A DNA stretch of 11,251 nt, taken from contig JANOSY010000052.1 of NCBI GenBank assembly GCA_031416075.1, positions 1 to 11,251 of the forward strand, given 5' to 3'. The notes beneath the pieces are model-generated. The model did no database searches. It worked only from the letters and a program-made list of their open reading frames with translations, and was not told the origin of the DNA. The DNA is from Candidatus Tenderia sp. GTDB taxonomy: Bacteria > Pseudomonadota > Gammaproteobacteria > Tenderiales > Tenderiaceae. Made by a program: the position numbers and the translations under genes. This document shows, piece by piece, positions 1-7,683 of the stretch. Position 1 is the stretch's first letter. Each line of letters starts with the position of its first letter.

Positions 1-114
1 AAGATTATGGAATTCATTGAGGTCCACAATACCGATCCAAAACCCTTTGTGTGGACAAAAACAACTGAAGCGATTTTAGAGAAAATCGGGCGTGCTAAGG
101 CTGCCTTGGTATGA
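1..114 (+). CDS. IS630-family transposase, C-terminal fragment (not in ORF track)
   Basis: Frame 1 reads KIMEFIEVHNTDPKPFVWTKTTEAILEKIGRAKAALV* with TGA at 112-114. 'HN..PKPFVWTK...IL' is the typical IS630 transposase C-terminus. Confidence 0.9.
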   Translation, partial: KIMEFIEVHNTDPKPFVWTKTTEAILEKIGRAKAALV

Positions 115-140
115 GTATATTATTTGTTACAGTACACTAG
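110..140 (-). repeat. Terminal inverted repeat (IRR) of the IS630 element
   Basis: Its reverse complement CTAGTGTACTGTAACAAATAatataCTCATA matches 11114-11144 at 27/31 positions, with the first 20 identical. Confidence 0.92.
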
Positions 141-757
141 ATATTCGTGTCCCTTGTCGTAAGGAACATCGCTGCCATCAAAGAGCGGCAGAAAATAGTA
201 GAGATGGTCGCCAAAACCACCGAGCTTGTCGTGACGGCGTCGCGCCGAGAGCATCAGATAACCGGTGCGCCAGACAAAAAATGGCAGTAGCGCAACAAAT
301 AGCAGGGCCATCAGCCAGATATTGGGGTAGTGGTCTTCCAGCAGTGGCGCGGCCAGCAGTGCGGATAGCACGGCCAGATGTATGGTGATGATCGGGTGTT
401 TGCGTACTGGCGCGGGCAGGGTGGGGAAGTGACAACCGACACGATAGACTCCATACAGCAGCGCCAAAATGATCATCATGCCACCGCCCAAGGTAGCTCA
501 ACCCGTTAAGCGTGTGATTGCAGAAGATCGAGCAGGTACCAGAGTGAGCCACCCCCCAAAATCTGCTTAACCCTTGCTGGCCAGATTGGCGCCGCTGCCA
601 GAAACAGCAGCACGGCCTGGAGCAGGCTGCTCTGCCACAACAGCGCTGTGGCCAGCAGCTAGACGATAAGCGGTCCCAACGGGGTGGCGGCGAACTCTAA
701 AAACAGCGGATTTTCATGCAGTTGGCTGATGGAGCGGTAAAGCTCCAGTGGCCTCAT
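141..757 (-). pseudogene. Disrupted polytopic membrane protein gene, possibly the N-terminal part of an MBOAT-type acyltransferase
   Basis: ATG at 757 overlaps the ACP stop (ATGA). It reads MRPLELYRSISQLHENPLFLEFAATPLGPLIV*LLATALLW..., with in-frame TAG (661-659) and TAA (508-506), then shifts frame into the hydrophobic 120..491 ORF. That ORF runs into the IS IR and stops there. The MBOAT call is inferred from context only. Confidence 0.75.
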
Positions 758-1008
758 ACGGCGTATCTCCGGATCAGGTCAATGATTGCAGCCACACTAT
801 CCAGCTGGCTTGGATCGGCATCGGTACTGAAAAAGTCGATGTTGAACTCGCCCTCCATGAAGGTGATGATCTGGAGTGTTGCTAACGAGTCGATCAGACC
901 AGAGTCAATCAGGCTGGTCTGTTCATCAATGGCGCTGATCGGGGTGTCTGAGCGCCAGATTGTCTTGAGAAAGCAGAAGAGCTTCTCTTTGTAGATGCCG
1001 TCGGTCAT
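754..1008 (-). CDS. Standalone acyl/peptidyl carrier protein (DltC-like)
   Basis: 84-aa acidic protein with LIDSGLIDSLATLQIITFMEGEFNI (phosphopantetheine Ser in the DSL motif) and a C-terminal LDSVAAI helix. Confidence 0.88.
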   Translation of the reverse strand: MTDGIYKEKLFCFLKTIWRSDTPISAIDEQTSLIDSGLIDSLATLQIITFMEGEFNIDFFSTDADPSQLDSVAAIIDLIRRYAV

Positions 1009-1327
1009 GCCAAAGCCTTATTGGAGTTATCTGTTTGGCACGGTTGAATGCCTGTTTTGTATTGTTATCGTGTCAGCAAGATTACTAGAACCGAGTTGAC
1101 TGTGTGTTTATGCAATTGATATCAAATGGGATTATGTCAGGTCAATACCTTGATGGCGTGCCGTGGTGAGTGTATGTATAACAGATGAGAAGAGGTGGGG
1201 TTACGTTAGGCGCTGATAAGCATGGGGCTAGCCATAGTGTATTTAACTGGGGGTATTTAATACAGCGCTCCCCAAGGGGGAAAGTTTTTTTGATGGTTGG
1301 GTAATATGGTCGGAAAGGCAAAAACAT

Positions 1328-1415
1328 TGGCGGAGAGCGAGGGATTCGAACCCCCGGAGGGTTACCCCTCAACGGTTTTCAAGACCGCCGCATTCGACCA
1401 CTCTGCCAGCTCTCC
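1328..1415 (-). tRNA. tRNA-Ser (anticodon TGA)
   Basis: The minus strand reads GGAGAGCTGGCAGAGTGGTCGAATGCGGCGGTCTTGAAAACCGTTGAGGGGTAACCCTCCGGGGGTTCGAATCCCTCGCTCTCCGCCA: 88 nt, long variable arm, TTCGAAT T-loop, G discriminator and encoded CCA. Confidence 0.98.
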
Positions 1416-1517
1416 AAACCGGGGACAGAGCATATCAAAATCTCAGGGAATTTCTATAGCTTAAGGCAAAATATTTTAATTTAAATGCAAAATATGGTTT
1501 TTATGGTTAATATTCGG

Positions 1518-1545
1518 TTGAGAAACTTTGATGGTAGACTATGGT
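1518..1545 (+). promoter_or_regulatory. Possible promoter for yccA
   Basis: TTGAGA-N16-TATGGT in the AT-rich divergent tRNA/yccA spacer. An overlapping GAAACTT...GTC resembles a sigma-E-type element. Confidence 0.3.
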
Positions 1546-1613
1546 CCTAGATGATGTGTCTGGTTCTGATGTCCATTTATAACAGTTTGCCCTAATAGAG
1601 GAGTTTTACAGCA

Positions 1614-2297
1614 ATGAGACCTGTAGCACGAGTGATTAATGGTAGTGCCGTTGGCACGGCTTCGAGCAGTAGAGTGCTTCGTAATACCTATATCTTGCTG
1701 GCAATCACGCTGCTCTTCAGCGCAGCCACTGCCGGCATCTCCATGGCGATTAACCCACCACAGTTCACAGGCTTGGTCTGTTCGTTAGTGGCAATGGGGC
1801 TAATCTGGTTTGTGTTGCCTCGCACCGCTAATTCGGCTGCGGGTTTGGGTGTGGTGTTTGGTATCACCGGTCTGCTTGGGTTTGGTCTGGGACCAATGCT
1901 TTCTCACTATCTGAATATGCCTAATGGTTCGCAGATTGTTATGCAGGCGTTGGGGACCACTGGTGCTGTCTTTATCGCCTTGTCGGCGTATGTGATGGTG
2001 ACCAAGAAGGATTTCAGCTTCATGGGTGGTTTCTTGATGGCTGGCCTGATTGTGGCTGTTGTCTCCATGCTGGTGGTGGTTGTGGCGGCGATGTTCGGCT
2101 ATCCGATGCCTGGTGTATCGCTGGCGCTCTCTGCTCTGGTGGCACTGCTGATGTGTGGTTTCATCCTTTATGACACTAGCCGTATCATCAACGGTGGTGA
2201 GACCAACTACATTATGGCGACCATTGGCCTCTACCTGAGTATCTACAATCTGTTTGTCAGCCTGCTACATCTGATGGGGATGAGCAGCGACGATTGA
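1614..2297 (+). CDS. yccA: Bax inhibitor-1/YccA family membrane protein
   Basis: Motifs VLRNTYILL, TKKDFSFMGGFL and ILYDTSRIINGGETNYIMATIGLYLSIYNLF; about 7 TM helices; GAGGAG RBS; adjacent to tRNA-Ser as in other Gammaproteobacteria. Confidence 0.96.
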   Translation: MRPVARVINGSAVGTASSSRVLRNTYILLAITLLFSAATAGISMAINPPQFTGLVCSLVAMGLIWFVLPRTANSAAGLGVVFGITGLLGFGLGPMLSHYLNMPNGSQIVMQALGTTGAVFIALSAYVMVTKKDFSFMGGFLMAGLIVAVVSMLVVVVAAMFGYPMPGVSLALSALVALLMCGFILYDTSRIINGGETNYIMATIGLYLSIYNLFVSLLHLMGMSSDD

Positions 2298-2319
2298 TAT
2301 GGTTGTGATCTGTTAACCG

Positions 2320-2345
2320 CCCCGGCCTAGCGCCGGGGTTTTTAT
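2320..2345 (+). terminator. Rho-independent terminator after yccA
   Basis: CCCCGGC-ctagc-GCCGGGG followed by TTTTTATTT. Confidence 0.85.
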
Positions 2346-2381
2346 TTGTGCCCTACAAATCTGTACGAGAGGATTGTTGCC

Positions 2382-3371
2382 ATGTTAAATCAGCACCCGT
2401 TTGCGTCGTTTATCCGTACCCTTGGGCGTGGCCAGAAGGGATCGCGTTCGTTAACGCAGGATGAGGCCCATGAGGCTATGGGCATGATCCTTGATGATCT
2501 GGTGGAGCCGGTTCAGCTGGGGGCGTTTCTTATGCTGATTCGGGTGAAGGAGGAGACGCCAGCGGAGGTGGCGGGATTTGTCCGTGCTGTACGGGAACGG
2601 ATTGAATTGCCTGAGCAGTTACCGGTGGTGGATCTGGATTGGTCCAGTTACGCGGGCAAACGTCGCCAGCTGCCATGGTTTATTTTGAGTGTTCTGCTGC
2701 TGGTGGATAGTGGCATTAAGGTGTTTATGCACGGTTTGCGCGGGCGGATGGACGATCGCCTTTATACGCCTGAGGCTTTGGCGGCGCTGGGTATCCCGTT
2801 GAGTGACTCATTGAGCGATGCCGCCAGGCGTATTGAGAGTGATGGGTTTGCCTACATTAATCTTGGGCAATTTTTTCCACGTCTCCAACAGTTAATCGAT
2901 CTGCGTGAATATTTGGGACTGCGCTCGCCGGTCCATACGGTGTCACGCATGATCAATCCGTTTCAGGCCCCGGCCCAGATGCAGGGCATTTTTCATCCCG
3001 GCTACCAAGAGATTCACCAAGGGGCCGGTATGTTGGTGAATCAGCCCCATATGGTGGTGATTAAAGGGGATGGTGGGGAGATTGAGGTGAATCCTGATGC
3101 TGAACTTGGACTCTATTCGGTACACCAAGGGGTGGCAACCCATGAGTCTTGGCCGGCACGGTTTGCACGCCGCCATACCAAGCCGGAGCAGCTGGATGTG
3201 TCGCTGCTGGCCAAGGTTTGGCGCGGGGAGTGTGAGGATGAGTATGGTGATGCGGCGGTGATCTCTACCGCTGCTGTGACGCTTTATATGATGGGACGTG
3301 CAGAGAGCCGAGAGGTGGCATTAACAATGGCGGAGGAGTTGTGGCAGGGCCGTTCAAAAGGGTTGATATAG
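2382..3371 (+). CDS. Glycosyltransferase family 3 / anthranilate phosphoribosyltransferase-like (YbiB/TrpD2-like) protein
   Basis: Motifs HPFASFIRTLGRGQKGSRSLT, QLGAFLMLIRVKEE, DLDWSSYAGKRR, LGLRSPVHT, GIFHPGY and KGDGGEIE. ATG 2382 is preferred over the track's start at 2346, which abuts the terminator. Confidence 0.88.
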   Translation: MLNQHPFASFIRTLGRGQKGSRSLTQDEAHEAMGMILDDLVEPVQLGAFLMLIRVKEETPAEVAGFVRAVRERIELPEQLPVVDLDWSSYAGKRRQLPWFILSVLLLVDSGIKVFMHGLRGRMDDRLYTPEALAALGIPLSDSLSDAARRIESDGFAYINLGQFFPRLQQLIDLREYLGLRSPVHTVSRMINPFQAPAQMQGIFHPGYQEIHQGAGMLVNQPHMVVIKGDGGEIEVNPDAELGLYSVHQGVATHESWPARFARRHTKPEQLDVSLLAKVWRGECEDEYGDAAVISTAAVTLYMMGRAESREVALTMAEELWQGRSKGLI

Positions 3372-3434
3372 GTTGTACTATATAGTGTGGCGGGTGCTGA
3401 TGCCGGAGGTGTTTTTTTGTGGTGGGATAGCGAA

Positions 3435-3476
3435 GCTGTTTACCGTAGGTTAATAACGGTAAGCAGCATTAGTTTT
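3435..3476. terminator. Hairpin between convergent genes (probable terminator)
   Basis: GCTGTTTACCGT-N9-ACGGTAAGCAGC forms a 12-bp stem with one G-U pair, followed by ATTAGTTTTT. Confidence 0.65.
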
Positions 3477-3483
3477 TGATTCC

Positions 3484-5451
3484 TTATACTTTGCCTTGAA
3501 GTTGTAACAGGATCGATTCGTTTTCAAGGGTGGAGGTGTCTTGGGTGATCTCTTCGCCTTTGGCGATGGTGCGTAGCAGGCGACGCATGATCTTGCCGGA
3601 ACGGGTTTTAGGGAGATTGTCTGAGTAACGAATATCATCCGGCTTGGCGATGGGGCCGATCTGCTCGGCCACCCAGGCGCGCAGCTCTTTAGTCAGTACT
3701 TCGTCAACGCCACCTGCCGGTCTTGTCCCCTTGAGTACAACATAGGCAAAGATAGCCTCACCTTTGATCTCGTCGGGACGACCAACCACAGCCGCTTCGG
3801 CAACACGTGGGTGGGCCACCAGTGCTGACTCCACCTCCATGGTGCCAAGGCGATGGCCGGAGACGTTGAGCACATCGTCGATACGCCCCATAATCCAGAA
3901 GTAGCCATCCTTGTCACGGCGGGCGCTGTCACCCGCCAGATAGTATTGGCTGCCAAACTTCGGCCAGTAGGTCTGGATGTAACGCTCATCATCGCCCCAG
4001 ACAGTGCGTAACATGGAGGGCCACGGTTTTTTGATGACCAGATATCCGCCCTTGTTGGGCTCGTTGATGCTATTGCCGCTCTCGTTCACCACATCGGCGA
4101 TGATGCCGGGCAGAGGGAGGGTGCAGGAGCCGGGTTTGGTGGCGACAGCACCGGGGATCGGCGCGATCATGATGCAGCCGGTTTCGGTCTGCCACCAAGT
4201 GTCCACAATCGGGCAACGCTCTTGGCCGATGGTTTTGTGATACCAGATCCACGCCTCTGGGTTGATGGGTTCGCCGACAGAGCCGAGCAGGCGCAGGCTG
4301 GAGAGGTCGTATTGAGCTGGAATCTCATCACCGAGTTTCATCAGGGCGCGAATCGCCGTGGGGGCGGTGTAGAAGATGGTGACCTTGTGGCGCTGGCAGA
4401 TATCCCAGAAGCGGCCAGCGTTGGGCACGGTGGGGGCCCCTTCGTAGATCAGCATGGTGGCACCCACCGCGAGCGGACCGTAGGCCACATAGCTGTGGCC
4501 GGTGACCCAGCCCACGTCGGCAGTGCACCAGAAGATATCGCTGTCACGAATATCAAAGACCCACTTCATTGAGGTGATGGTCCCCAGTAGATAACCGGCG
4601 CTGGAGTGCTGGATCCCCTTGGGTTTGCCAGTGGAACCGGAGGTGTAGAGCAGGAACAGTGGGTGCTCGGCCTCGACCCACTCAGGCATGCAGATGCTAT
4701 CCATGCAATCGATGGCATCATGCCACCAGAGGTCACGTCCCTCCTTGAATTCAATAGCATGGCCCGTCCGTTGATAGACAATCACCTTTTCGATAGTGGC
4801 GCAGCCGGAGGCGAGGGCCTTGTCGGCAGCCGCCTTGAGTTCAACGATTTTGCCACCACGATGGCCGCCATCGGCGGTAATCAGCATCCGGGCACCGGCA
4901 TCCTCGATGCGGTCTTTGAGCGACTCTGCTGAGAAGCCGCCAAATACCACCGAGTGGATAGCGCCGATGCGGGCGCAGGCCTGCATGGCAATGACCGCTT
5001 CGGGGATCATGGGCATGTAGATGACAATGCGATCACCTTTAGTAATGCCCTGGGCCTTGAGGGCGTTGGCAAAGGCGCAGACGTCGGCATACAGCTGGTG
5101 GTAGGTGAGAGTGCGGATATCCCCTTGTTCGCCCTCGAAAACAATGGCGGTGTAGTTGCCTTTGCTCTCCAAATGGCGGTCCAGGCAGTTATAGGAGACA
5201 TTCATCAATCCATCGCTGAACCACTGGTAGTGGGGCGCGTGGCTCTCATCAAGCACGGTTGAAAAAGGTTGGTGCCAGCTAATTTCGTGGCGGGCCTGTT
5301 CGGCCCAAAAGCCAGTGTAATCTTCGTTAGCATGGTGCCGCATTGTGGCCAATGTATCGGCACTACTGATGCGCGCGTCTGCCTTGAATATGGCCGTTGG
5401 CTCAAAGAGTCGCTCTTCATTCAGGACCGAATCGATGTTTTCGACACTCAT
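3484..5451 (-). CDS. acs: Acetyl-CoA synthetase (acetate-CoA ligase)
   Basis: Motifs [58 protein letters not shown] and [11 protein letters not shown]. Start at 5451 (MSVENID) is preceded by GGAGG. Confidence 0.98.
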   Translation of the reverse strand: MSVENIDSVLNEERLFEPTAIFKADARISSADTLATMRHHANEDYTGFWAEQARHEISWHQPFSTVLDESHAPHYQWFSDGLMNVSYNCLDRHLESKGNYTAIVFEGEQGDIRTLTYHQLYADVCAFANALKAQGITKGDRIVIYMPMIPEAVIAMQACARIGAIHSVVFGGFSAESLKDRIEDAGARMLITADGGHRGGKIVELKAAADKALASGCATIEKVIVYQRTGHAIEFKEGRDLWWHDAIDCMDSICMPEWVEAEHPLFLLYTSGSTGKPKGIQHSSAGYLLGTITSMKWVFDIRDSDIFWCTADVGWVTGHSYVAYGPLAVGATMLIYEGAPTVPNAGRFWDICQRHKVTIFYTAPTAIRALMKLGDEIPAQYDLSSLRLLGSVGEPINPEAWIWYHKTIGQERCPIVDTWWQTETGCIMIAPIPGAVATKPGSCTLPLPGIIADVVNESGNSINEPNKGGYLVIKKPWPSMLRTVWGDDERYIQTYWPKFGSQYYLAGDSARRDKDGYFWIMGRIDDVLNVSGHRLGTMEVESALVAHPRVAEAAVVGRPDEIKGEAIFAYVVLKGTRPAGGVDEVLTKELRAWVAEQIGPIAKPDDIRYSDNLPKTRSGKIMRRLLRTIAKGEEITQDTSTLENESILLQLQGKV

Positions 5452-5569
5452 TATTTGCCTCCCTAGCGGCATAACAGCTTTCATGATCGGCCTAATATAG
5501 CAGCCTCACACGGTTGGTGCATGTGATGATGTTGTCAGAAGGAACAGGGATTGTCGGTAGCACTAGCAA

Positions 5570-5589
5570 TAGATGTATAATGCCATCTA
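5570..5589 (+). promoter_or_regulatory. Consensus -10 box embedded in an inverted repeat
   Basis: TAGATG-TATAATGC-CATCTA, with TATAAT at 5576-5581, in the acs/DUF3579 divergent spacer. Confidence 0.4.
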
Positions 5590-5690
5590 ATGGATGAGAG
5601 TGAGCTGCCGATAGGTCGGGTGGTATATCTCCTTGGTATCAGGGAAAAACCATTTTGCTGGTCAAGCGCTAGCTCCTTGAACGTAGTTGG

Positions 5691-6044
5691 ATGAGCAAAA
5701 GAGCTGCCAAAATAGGGAGTTCAAGTGGGTTTTGGAGAAAAGCATTGAAACGCGGTTGTAAACTTGTTATTAAAAGCGTCAATCGAGATGGGCGGCAGTT
5801 TCGCCCGAGTGATTGGATTGAGCGCATTTCAACTCAGCTGGCCACCTTTGGTCCAGACCATCGTCTTCACTATTCTACTGCGGTACAGCCTTCGATTATC
5901 GAGGGGGAGAAGTGCTTGGTGGTTGATCAGGCGCTTAAAGAGGAGAATCCGGAGGCGTATGACTTCATTATGGTCTTTGTTGAGGCCAACCGTCTTCAGG
6001 TAATCGAAAACTGCGAAATTCCGCCCGACGCTCAGCCCCTTTAG
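5691..6044 (+). CDS. DUF3579-like conserved protein
   Basis: Motifs GRQFRPSDWIERI, LHYS, KCLVVD and AYDFIMVFVEANRLQV. The true start may be TTG 5745, which follows GGAGA. Confidence 0.8.
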   Translation: MSKRAAKIGSSSGFWRKALKRGCKLVIKSVNRDGRQFRPSDWIERISTQLATFGPDHRLHYSTAVQPSIIEGEKCLVVDQALKEENPEAYDFIMVFVEANRLQVIENCEIPPDAQPL

Positions 6045-6072
6045 AGGGTGGCTGATGTCGGTGGGAAGAGAG

Positions 6073-6099
6073 AGGGGGCTTAGCCCCCTTTTTGTTTTT
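6073..6099 (+). terminator. Terminator-like hairpin overlapping the dksA stop codon
   Basis: AGGGGGC-TTA-GCCCCCT followed by TTTTGTTTTT on the + strand. Confidence 0.65.
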
Positions 6100-6703
6100 C
6101 CTTAATTTCATCAAGGGTTTTGCAGTCGATGCAGAGTACCGCTGTAGGACGTGCTTCAAGGCGGCGAATGCCGATCTCTATGCCGCAGCTCTCGCAGTAA
6201 CCATAATCGTTGCTATCGAGCATGGTGATTGATTCCTCGATTTTTTTGATCAGTTTACGTTCACGATCGCGAGTTCTCAGCTCCATGGTGAAGTCTGATT
6301 CCTGACTGGCACGATCATTGGGGTCGGGGAAGTTGGCTGCTTCGTCCTGCATGTAGTGAACAGTGCGGTCGACCTCTTCCATCAGCGCGTGTTTCCATGA
6401 CTGTAGCAGCGCCCTGAAATGGGTCAACTGCGCGGTGTTCATGTACTCCTCATCTTTTTGCGGCTGGTAGGGCTGGAAGTTACCAAATCCTTGCAGGAGC
6501 GACTCGGCTCGTGCCTTTGCTTCAGCAGCATCGACCTTTTTTGGGGACGCTGTTTTTTTGGCGGGTACCGGTGCTGTCGCTGCTTTTTGGGTGGTGCTGG
6601 GCGCGGCTGCTTTGGGTTCGACGGTGCTGACGGCCGCTTTTTTCTTGGGGGCGGCCGCTTTTTTTGCGGGCGCTGCCTTGGCGTCTGACTTGGTTGGGGA
6701 CAT
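6080..6703 (-). CDS. dksA: RNA polymerase-binding transcription factor DksA with low-complexity N-terminal extension
   Basis: Motifs [37 protein letters not shown]-like segment and C4 zinc finger CESC...CIDC; AGGAG RBS. Confidence 0.97.
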   Translation of the reverse strand: MSPTKSDAKAAPAKKAAAPKKKAAVSTVEPKAAAPSTTQKAATAPVPAKKTASPKKVDAAEAKARAESLLQGFGNFQPYQPQKDEEYMNTAQLTHFRALLQSWKHALMEEVDRTVHYMQDEAANFPDPNDRASQESDFTMELRTRDRERKLIKKIEESITMLDSNDYGYCESCGIEIGIRRLEARPTAVLCIDCKTLDEIKEKQKGG

Positions 6704-6711
6704 TCCCTTCT

Positions 6712-6745
6712 CCTGAATACTAGAGGGCCCTGAATACTAGAGGGC
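6712..6745. repeat. Perfect 17-bp tandem direct repeat (2 copies)
   Basis: CCTGAATACTAGAGGGC occurs at 6712-6728 and 6729-6745, directly upstream of the dksA start. Confidence 0.95.
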
Positions 6746-6843
6746 AAAGAGACGATATATACCGGAAAACGGTGGTGTAAGCAATACATTGACGGTTGTG
6801 ATCTGGTTTCTGAGGCGGTTAAAAATGGCGCTGTTTCAAGAGG

Positions 6844-6870
6844 TTGATACTTCTGGATCGGTGATACAAT
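6844..6870 (+). promoter_or_regulatory. Probable extended -10 promoter for the cbbY-like operon
   Basis: TGaTACAAT at 6862-6870 (TGn plus near-consensus -10); TTGATA at 6844-6849 with a short 15-nt spacer. Confidence 0.45.
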
Positions 6871-6909
6871 TGCGGTTTTGATTTTTTCGTCAGGTTAAAG
6901 GGAAGAAAT

Positions 6910-7683
6910 ATGAGCAATATTGAGGCATTAATTTTTGATGTTGATGGTACCTTGGCTGATACCGAACGGGATGGCCATCGTATTGCTTTTAATCTGGCGT
7001 TTCAGGCAGCGGGTCTCGATTGGGACTGGAGCATTGAGCTGTATGGTGAGTTGCTGGCGGTAACCGGTGGGAAGGAGCGCATCCGCTTCTATCTGGAAAA
7101 GTACAATACCAGCTTTAAAAAGCCAGCGGATTTCAGTGAATTTGTGGCTGGGCTGCACGCCTCCAAGACCGGGTTTTATACCAAATTGATGGCGCAGGGG
7201 AAGATTCCACTGCGTCCAGGGGTTGAGCGCCTGTTGCGAGAGGCGAGAAGGGCGGGTATGCGTATTGCGATTGCCACCACCACCACGCCAGAAAATGTGA
7301 CGGCTTTGTTGGGATATACCTTGGGTGGCGGTGCGCTTAAGTGGTTTGAGGTGATTGGTGCCGGTGATGTAGTGCCTGCTAAAAAACCAGCGCCCGATAT
7401 CTTTAATTATGTGATGAAAAAGATGAACCTTGCGCCTGAGCAGTGTGTTGCTTTTGAGGACTCCTACAATGGTATTCGTTCCGCGACGCAGGCCAAGCTG
7501 ACGACCCTGATTACGACAACAGGTTACACCCAGGATGATGATTTTTCCGGGGCGGCGATTGTGCTGGATCAGATGGGCGAACCCAATGCGCCGTTTAAGG
7601 TGATTGAGGGGGATGCCCACGGCCATCGTTATGTCGATCTGGCCATGGTGCGTGCCCTGCACAAGGCGGCGCATGGCGGATAA
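6910..7683 (+). CDS. cbbY: HAD-superfamily hydrolase, CbbY-like
   Basis: Motifs ALIFDVDGTLADTERDGHRIAFN, YGELLAVTGGKERI, LRPGV, IATTTTPENV, KKPAPDI and FEDS are characteristic of the CbbY family. Confidence 0.88.
   Translation: MSNIEALIFDVDGTLADTERDGHRIAFNLAFQAAGLDWDWSIELYGELLAVTGGKERIRFYLEKYNTSFKKPADFSEFVAGLHASKTGFYTKLMAQGKIPLRPGVERLLREARRAGMRIAIATTTTPENVTALLGYTLGGGALKWFEVIGAGDVVPAKKPAPDIFNYVMKKMNLAPEQCVAFEDSYNGIRSATQAKLTTLITTTGYTQDDDFSGAAIVLDQMGEPNAPFKVIEGDAHGHRYVDLAMVRALHKAAHGG

Larger units (their letters stand above)
1..140 (+). mobile_element. Right end of an IS630-family insertion sequence (partial)
   Basis: A transposase C-terminus is followed by TATTTGTTACAGTACACTAG (121-140), the exact reverse complement of 11114-11133. 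It ends at CTAG, the IS630-type target (TA duplication). Confidence 0.92.

Noticed and set aside
506-661. In-frame TAG as possible recoding or readthrough (pyrrolysine or alternative genetic code)
   Set aside because: The same gene also has a TAA, a frameshift and an IS truncation, and other genes here use TAG as a normal stop. Simple decay explains it.
1116-1125. TTGATATCAA palindrome resembling an FNR box
   Set aside because: FNR requires TTGAT-N4-ATCAA and there is no spacer here. A 10-bp palindrome in AT-rich DNA is weak evidence.
1142-1372. 76-aa minus-strand ORF
   Set aside because: It starts inside the tRNA-Ser gene and has no recognisable protein features.
1328-1415. Possible tRNA-Sec or opal suppressor
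   Set aside because: The anticodon is TGA (reads UCA, Ser), not TCA, and the acceptor stem is a normal 7 bp.
5506-5526. TCACA-N11-TGTGA upstream of acs as a CRP site
   Set aside because: Half-site order and spacing do not match TGTGA-N6-TCACA.
6712-6745. 17-bp repeat as a CRISPR remnant or IS target-site duplication
   Set aside because: There are only two abutting units with no spacer and no cas genes, and IS630 duplicates only TA.
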